Origin: a bacterium
GTDB taxonomy: Bacteria; Patescibacteriota; Microgenomatia; UBA1400; UBA12108
NCBI GenBank assembly: GCA_037133595.1
Contig: JBAXNV010000002.1
Location: 1-58,405, forward strand
Length of the DNA stretch: 58,405 nt
Reading direction: 5' to 3'
Part shown: positions 55,553-58,405 of the stretch, piece after piece
Position numbering within the stretch: position 1 is the stretch's first letter
Layout of the letters: every line of letters starts with the position of its first letter
Translations under genes and position numbers: made by a program
The notes under the pieces: model-generated
The model's database searches: none
Told to the model about the DNA's origin: nothing
Seen by the model: only the letters and a program-made list of their open reading frames with translations

Positions 55553-56210
55553 GAGGGGAGAATCCTTGAACAACCTGCGCAAAACTTTGCGGATCGAGAC
55601 TGGCTGTTGCAACAAGTAAGCCGTCGACAATACCAACGAGGCTGTTTACGTTGGCCGGATTGACTGAACCTCCATACAAAATCCCAAGTGAATTGCCATT
55701 GGTATATTTTTTGAGTAGTGCAATCATCTCGACTATGTGAGAGATTGGAGTTGTTTCTGTACCGCCAATATCAGTTAGCACTTCGTAGGCAAAAAGAGAT
55801 TTTTTAATTGTTTCTTCTTGTAAAGCGGCAAATTGTGAGGAAAGCTCTTTTTCACTTACACAAATTATGGGGGTTATGTCCGCAGATAACAGTTCTTCTG
55901 CCTTGTCGGCAACTTCGATTGAAGTTTCGTGAAAATACTGACGCCTCTCAGAATGACCAATAAGACAGTATTTGACTCCAAGATCGGACAATTGAGTAGA
56001 GTTTACCGCACCCGTATAACTACCAGGTGGAAAGGGAGATGCATCTTGAGCCCCCAACTCTAGCTTGAAAGACTTTGCAAGATGAAGATATGGAAATGCC
56101 AAGGCAACAATAACCTTGGAATCGGATGCGATATTGTTGCAATCTGAAAGCCAAGAGTTGACCTCGGAGGTAGTTTTGTGAGATTTGAGATTGGCAATCA
56201 CGTATTTCAT
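55545..56210 (-). CDS. tpiA: Triosephosphate isomerase (divergent)
   Basis: ANLKSH (the N-x-K of GNWKMN), IGHSERR, a Glu in AYEV, and YGGSV. I prefer the start MKYVIANLK at 56210, where TATACT lies 9 nt upstream. Confidence 0.8.
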   Translation of the reverse strand: MKYVIANLKSHKTTSEVNSWLSDCNNIASDSKVIVALAFPYLHLAKSFKLELGAQDASPFPPGSYTGAVNSTQLSDLGVKYCLIGHSERRQYFHETSIEVADKAEELLSADITPIICVSEKELSSQFAALQEETIKKSLFAYEVLTDIGGTETTPISHIVEMIALLKKYTNGNSLGILYGGSVNPANVNSLVGIVDGLLVATASLDPQSFAQVVQGFSPHV

Positions 56211-56251
56211 AGTAAAGATAGTATAGCGCAAGAGGCAAACATTTTGGTATT

Positions 56252-58288
56252 ATGAAACACATGGCTTATGATTACCTGAAAGAATTAAACGAACAACAGC
56301 TTGAGGCGGCAACTCACACTGGATCTCCCCTCATCATCCTTGCGGGAGCTGGAAGTGGCAAAACCAAGACATTGACTTATCGAGCTGCACATATGGTACA
56401 TAGTGGTAAAGTTAGGCCCGAAAAACTACTATTAGTTACCTTTACCAACAAAGCGGCTGGCGAAATGAGAGAGCGTGTTTCCAAAGTTGCAGAAATGTAT
56501 CTCCCTAACGTTGGTACCTTTCATTCGACTTCAGCCCGAATCCTGCGGAAGAAAGCCCCACTCGTTGGATTGACGCGTGATTTTGCAATCTATGATTCTC
56601 AAGACCAGCAAGACCTTGTAAAAGAAGTGATGGGCGAGCTCAATATCGATGTAAAAAGATTCAAACCAAGCGCAATTCTCGGGGCTATATCTGGTGCCAA
56701 ACAAGAGTTGGTTACGCCAACTCAATATCAGGGGATGGCGAGAGGGCAATTTCAAGAAATGGTCTCTGACGTATACACTCGCTATCAATCGCTATTACCC
56801 AAATATGGAGCAGTGGACTTTGATGATTTAATGACTTATGTTGTCAAATTGTTCAAAGAGCACCCGGACACCTTGCTGGAATATCAAAATATGTTTGAAC
56901 ATATTTATATAGACGAATATCAAGATACCAATAATGTGCAATATCAACTGACAAAACTACTGAATGGAGGCAGGGAAAATTTGGTGGTGGTTGGCGATGC
57001 TTCACAGTCGATCTACCGGTGGCGGGGGGCAGACTATCGAAACATCACAAGGCTTAAGACTGACTTTCCTAATATTAAAGAGATTCGACTTGAGAGAAAT
57101 TATCGTTCGACTCAAAATATATTGTCAGCTGCTTCATCGGTAATTAATCATAATACTAACCATCCAATACTTGAGCTGTGGACTGAGGTGGGTGATGGAG
57201 AAAAGATTGGACTAATTGAAGCATATAGTGGTAGTGACGAAGCAGCACAAGTAATTGATCAAATTGGCAAGCTTGTAGATGAAGGTTATACCTACAACGA
57301 AGTGGCCATTCTTTACCGGACTAATGCGCAGTCGCGAGCTTTTGAGGAAGCGATGATTAGAGCGAGTATCCCATACGTACTTGTGGGAGGCACAAAATTT
57401 TATGAACGCAAAGAAATCAAAGATCTTATCTGTTATGTTAGATTATTCATAAACCCTCAAGACAATGTGTCACATACCCGCGCTGAGAAAAATGGCAAAC
57501 GCAAGCTTGCGATGTACGAAGCAACTATTGAAAGCAAACGTAATACGATACTTTCTCCAGCAGAGCTCTTGAATATAATACTTGAATCTACTGGGTACCT
57601 ACACTCACTCGATCAAGAAGTTGATGAAGATTTGGCGCGAATTGAAAACATTAAAGAACTACAAAATGTGGCAAGTGAATTTGCAACCGTAACAGAATTT
57701 TTGGAAAATGTGTCTTTGGTACAAGCTGAGTATTATGCGGGTGAAAAAGGAGAGAAACCTAAGGATTGTGTTACTTTAATGACTTTGCACGCAGCCAAAG
57801 GGCTCGAATATCGCGCTATATTTTTGGTGGGACTGGAGGAAGGTATATTTCCCCATGCAAGATCACTAATGGATGACGAGGAGATGCAGGAAGAAAGAAG
57901 ATTGATGTATGTGGGAATTACGCGTGCTAAAGAAAAGTTGTTTATTAGCCATGCACGTATGCGCAACTTGTATGGGAGCAACAACCCAGCCTCACAATCG
58001 CGATTTGTGCAAGAAATTACTCCGATGCTTATGAAAATAATTTCAAGCAATACTGGTAATGGTATGACAAAAGCACCGTGGAATGGTGGAGGTAGCACAA
58101 TTAGTGCAGAGTATGAAGATCTTTTTGGCGTGATACCCACTTCGCCAAGGCTTCGAGGAGCTAGGCAAGGTTTTGGATTTCCCACAGCGACAAAACGATC
58201 CGGAGTTAGAATTGACTCTTTGGGCGACTCAACACTTGATGATTTTTTGGCGGGGAATATTAGCGTAGATGAGTTACTGAATAGATAA
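56252..58288 (+). CDS. pcrA: ATP-dependent DNA helicase PcrA/UvrD
   Basis: 678 aa with Walker A GAGSGKT, DEYQDTN, VGDASQSIYRWRGA and MTLHAAKGLE. The true start may be the ATG at 56261, which lies 7 nt after TGGTATTAT at 56245-56253. Confidence 0.93.
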   Translation: MKHMAYDYLKELNEQQLEAATHTGSPLIILAGAGSGKTKTLTYRAAHMVHSGKVRPEKLLLVTFTNKAAGEMRERVSKVAEMYLPNVGTFHSTSARILRKKAPLVGLTRDFAIYDSQDQQDLVKEVMGELNIDVKRFKPSAILGAISGAKQELVTPTQYQGMARGQFQEMVSDVYTRYQSLLPKYGAVDFDDLMTYVVKLFKEHPDTLLEYQNMFEHIYIDEYQDTNNVQYQLTKLLNGGRENLVVVGDASQSIYRWRGADYRNITRLKTDFPNIKEIRLERNYRSTQNILSAASSVINHNTNHPILELWTEVGDGEKIGLIEAYSGSDEAAQVIDQIGKLVDEGYTYNEVAILYRTNAQSRAFEEAMIRASIPYVLVGGTKFYERKEIKDLICYVRLFINPQDNVSHTRAEKNGKRKLAMYEATIESKRNTILSPAELLNIILESTGYLHSLDQEVDEDLARIENIKELQNVASEFATVTEFLENVSLVQAEYYAGEKGEKPKDCVTLMTLHAAKGLEYRAIFLVGLEEGIFPHARSLMDDEEMQEERRLMYVGITRAKEKLFISHARMRNLYGSNNPASQSRFVQEITPMLMKIISSNTGNGMTKAPWNGGGSTISAEYEDLFGVIPTSPRLRGARQGFGFPTATKRSGVRIDSLGDSTLDDFLAGNISVDELLNR

Positions 58289-58405
58289 CTTAGTGCTATT
58301 ATGCGAATATATGGATAATCCTGAGAACGATACGGATAATAATAATCCTCTTAGGCTTAAGTAGCAAAAAGAGTTGATTTGGTGTGTGCTTTGGCCGTGT
58401 ACATC

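Noticed and set aside
31126-56231. Longest-ORF starts that create large overlaps (31527, 32008, 33466 TTG, 24775, 46517, 55636, 56231, 17748)
   Set aside because: Internal ATGs give signal peptides or family-typical N-termini, remove overlaps of 92-128 nt, and are preceded by SDs, -10 boxes or ATGA coupling. I adopted the shorter coordinates and noted the alternatives.
58289-58405. Possible gene fragment at the right edge (minus-strand open frame entering from 58405; plus-strand 16-codon ORF at 58312)
   Set aside because: It is too short, has no motif, and overlaps the pcrA 3' end. It cannot be supported from this window.

Overview
This 58.4-kb window is a gene-dense chromosomal segment. I saw no rRNA, tRNA, CRISPR array, transposase or integrase. 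The gene content fits a reduced-genome bacterium with a Gram-positive-type envelope, probably Candidate Phyla Radiation / Patescibacteria, and this lineage call is inference only. Evidence for it: minimal IF2, AlaRS without C-Ala, a short HrcA, a Cys-free DnaJ, a sortase with LPXTG-like proteins, type IV pilus genes and ComEA/ComEC. About 40 consecutive genes (1809-46517) sit on the minus strand. In order they are rpsG-rpsL-rpoC-rpoB, mltG, ruvX, a sortase, an actin-fold membrane fusion protein, alaS, YtxH/DUF948/RodZ-like, ftsK, rnj, a protease-less Lon-type ATPase, two unknown envelope proteins and pnp-rpsO. They continue with a degenerate NrnA-like protein, infB-nusA, four unknown secreted proteins, dnaJ, a split comEC, comEA, SRPBCC, HIT, dnaK-grpE-hrcA, a P-loop ATPase islet, lepA and murJ. 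The plus-strand block 46535-52219 carries rpsT, pilN-pilO and four envelope proteins, two of which have LPATG / LPTAG sorting signals. The right end carries a tandem GT-C glycosyltransferase, an LCP protein, tpiA and pcrA. The left end has tgt and a toxin-antitoxin locus whose toxin is internally deleted. The most interesting signals are listed here. (1) The pilN-pilO plus sortase-substrate plus Cys-rich protein surface module. (2) A P-loop ATPase and a 5'-truncated RelE/YafQ toxin relic inserted in the lepA-hrcA junction. (3) A 73-nt cloverleaf-like structure closed by a 13-bp stem between grpE and dnaK. (4) A window-wide pattern of -10 hexamers 6-9 nt upstream of ATGs with no Shine-Dalgarno, including a thrice-repeated ATGTTAAGAT box, which suggests leaderless mRNAs. 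(5) A Lon AAA+ module with no protease domain. (6) comEC interrupted by one in-frame TAA. (7) An NrnA-like protein whose DHH catalytic motifs are all substituted. All calls come from reading the supplied ORF translations and hand-translating or folding the DNA. No database search was run.
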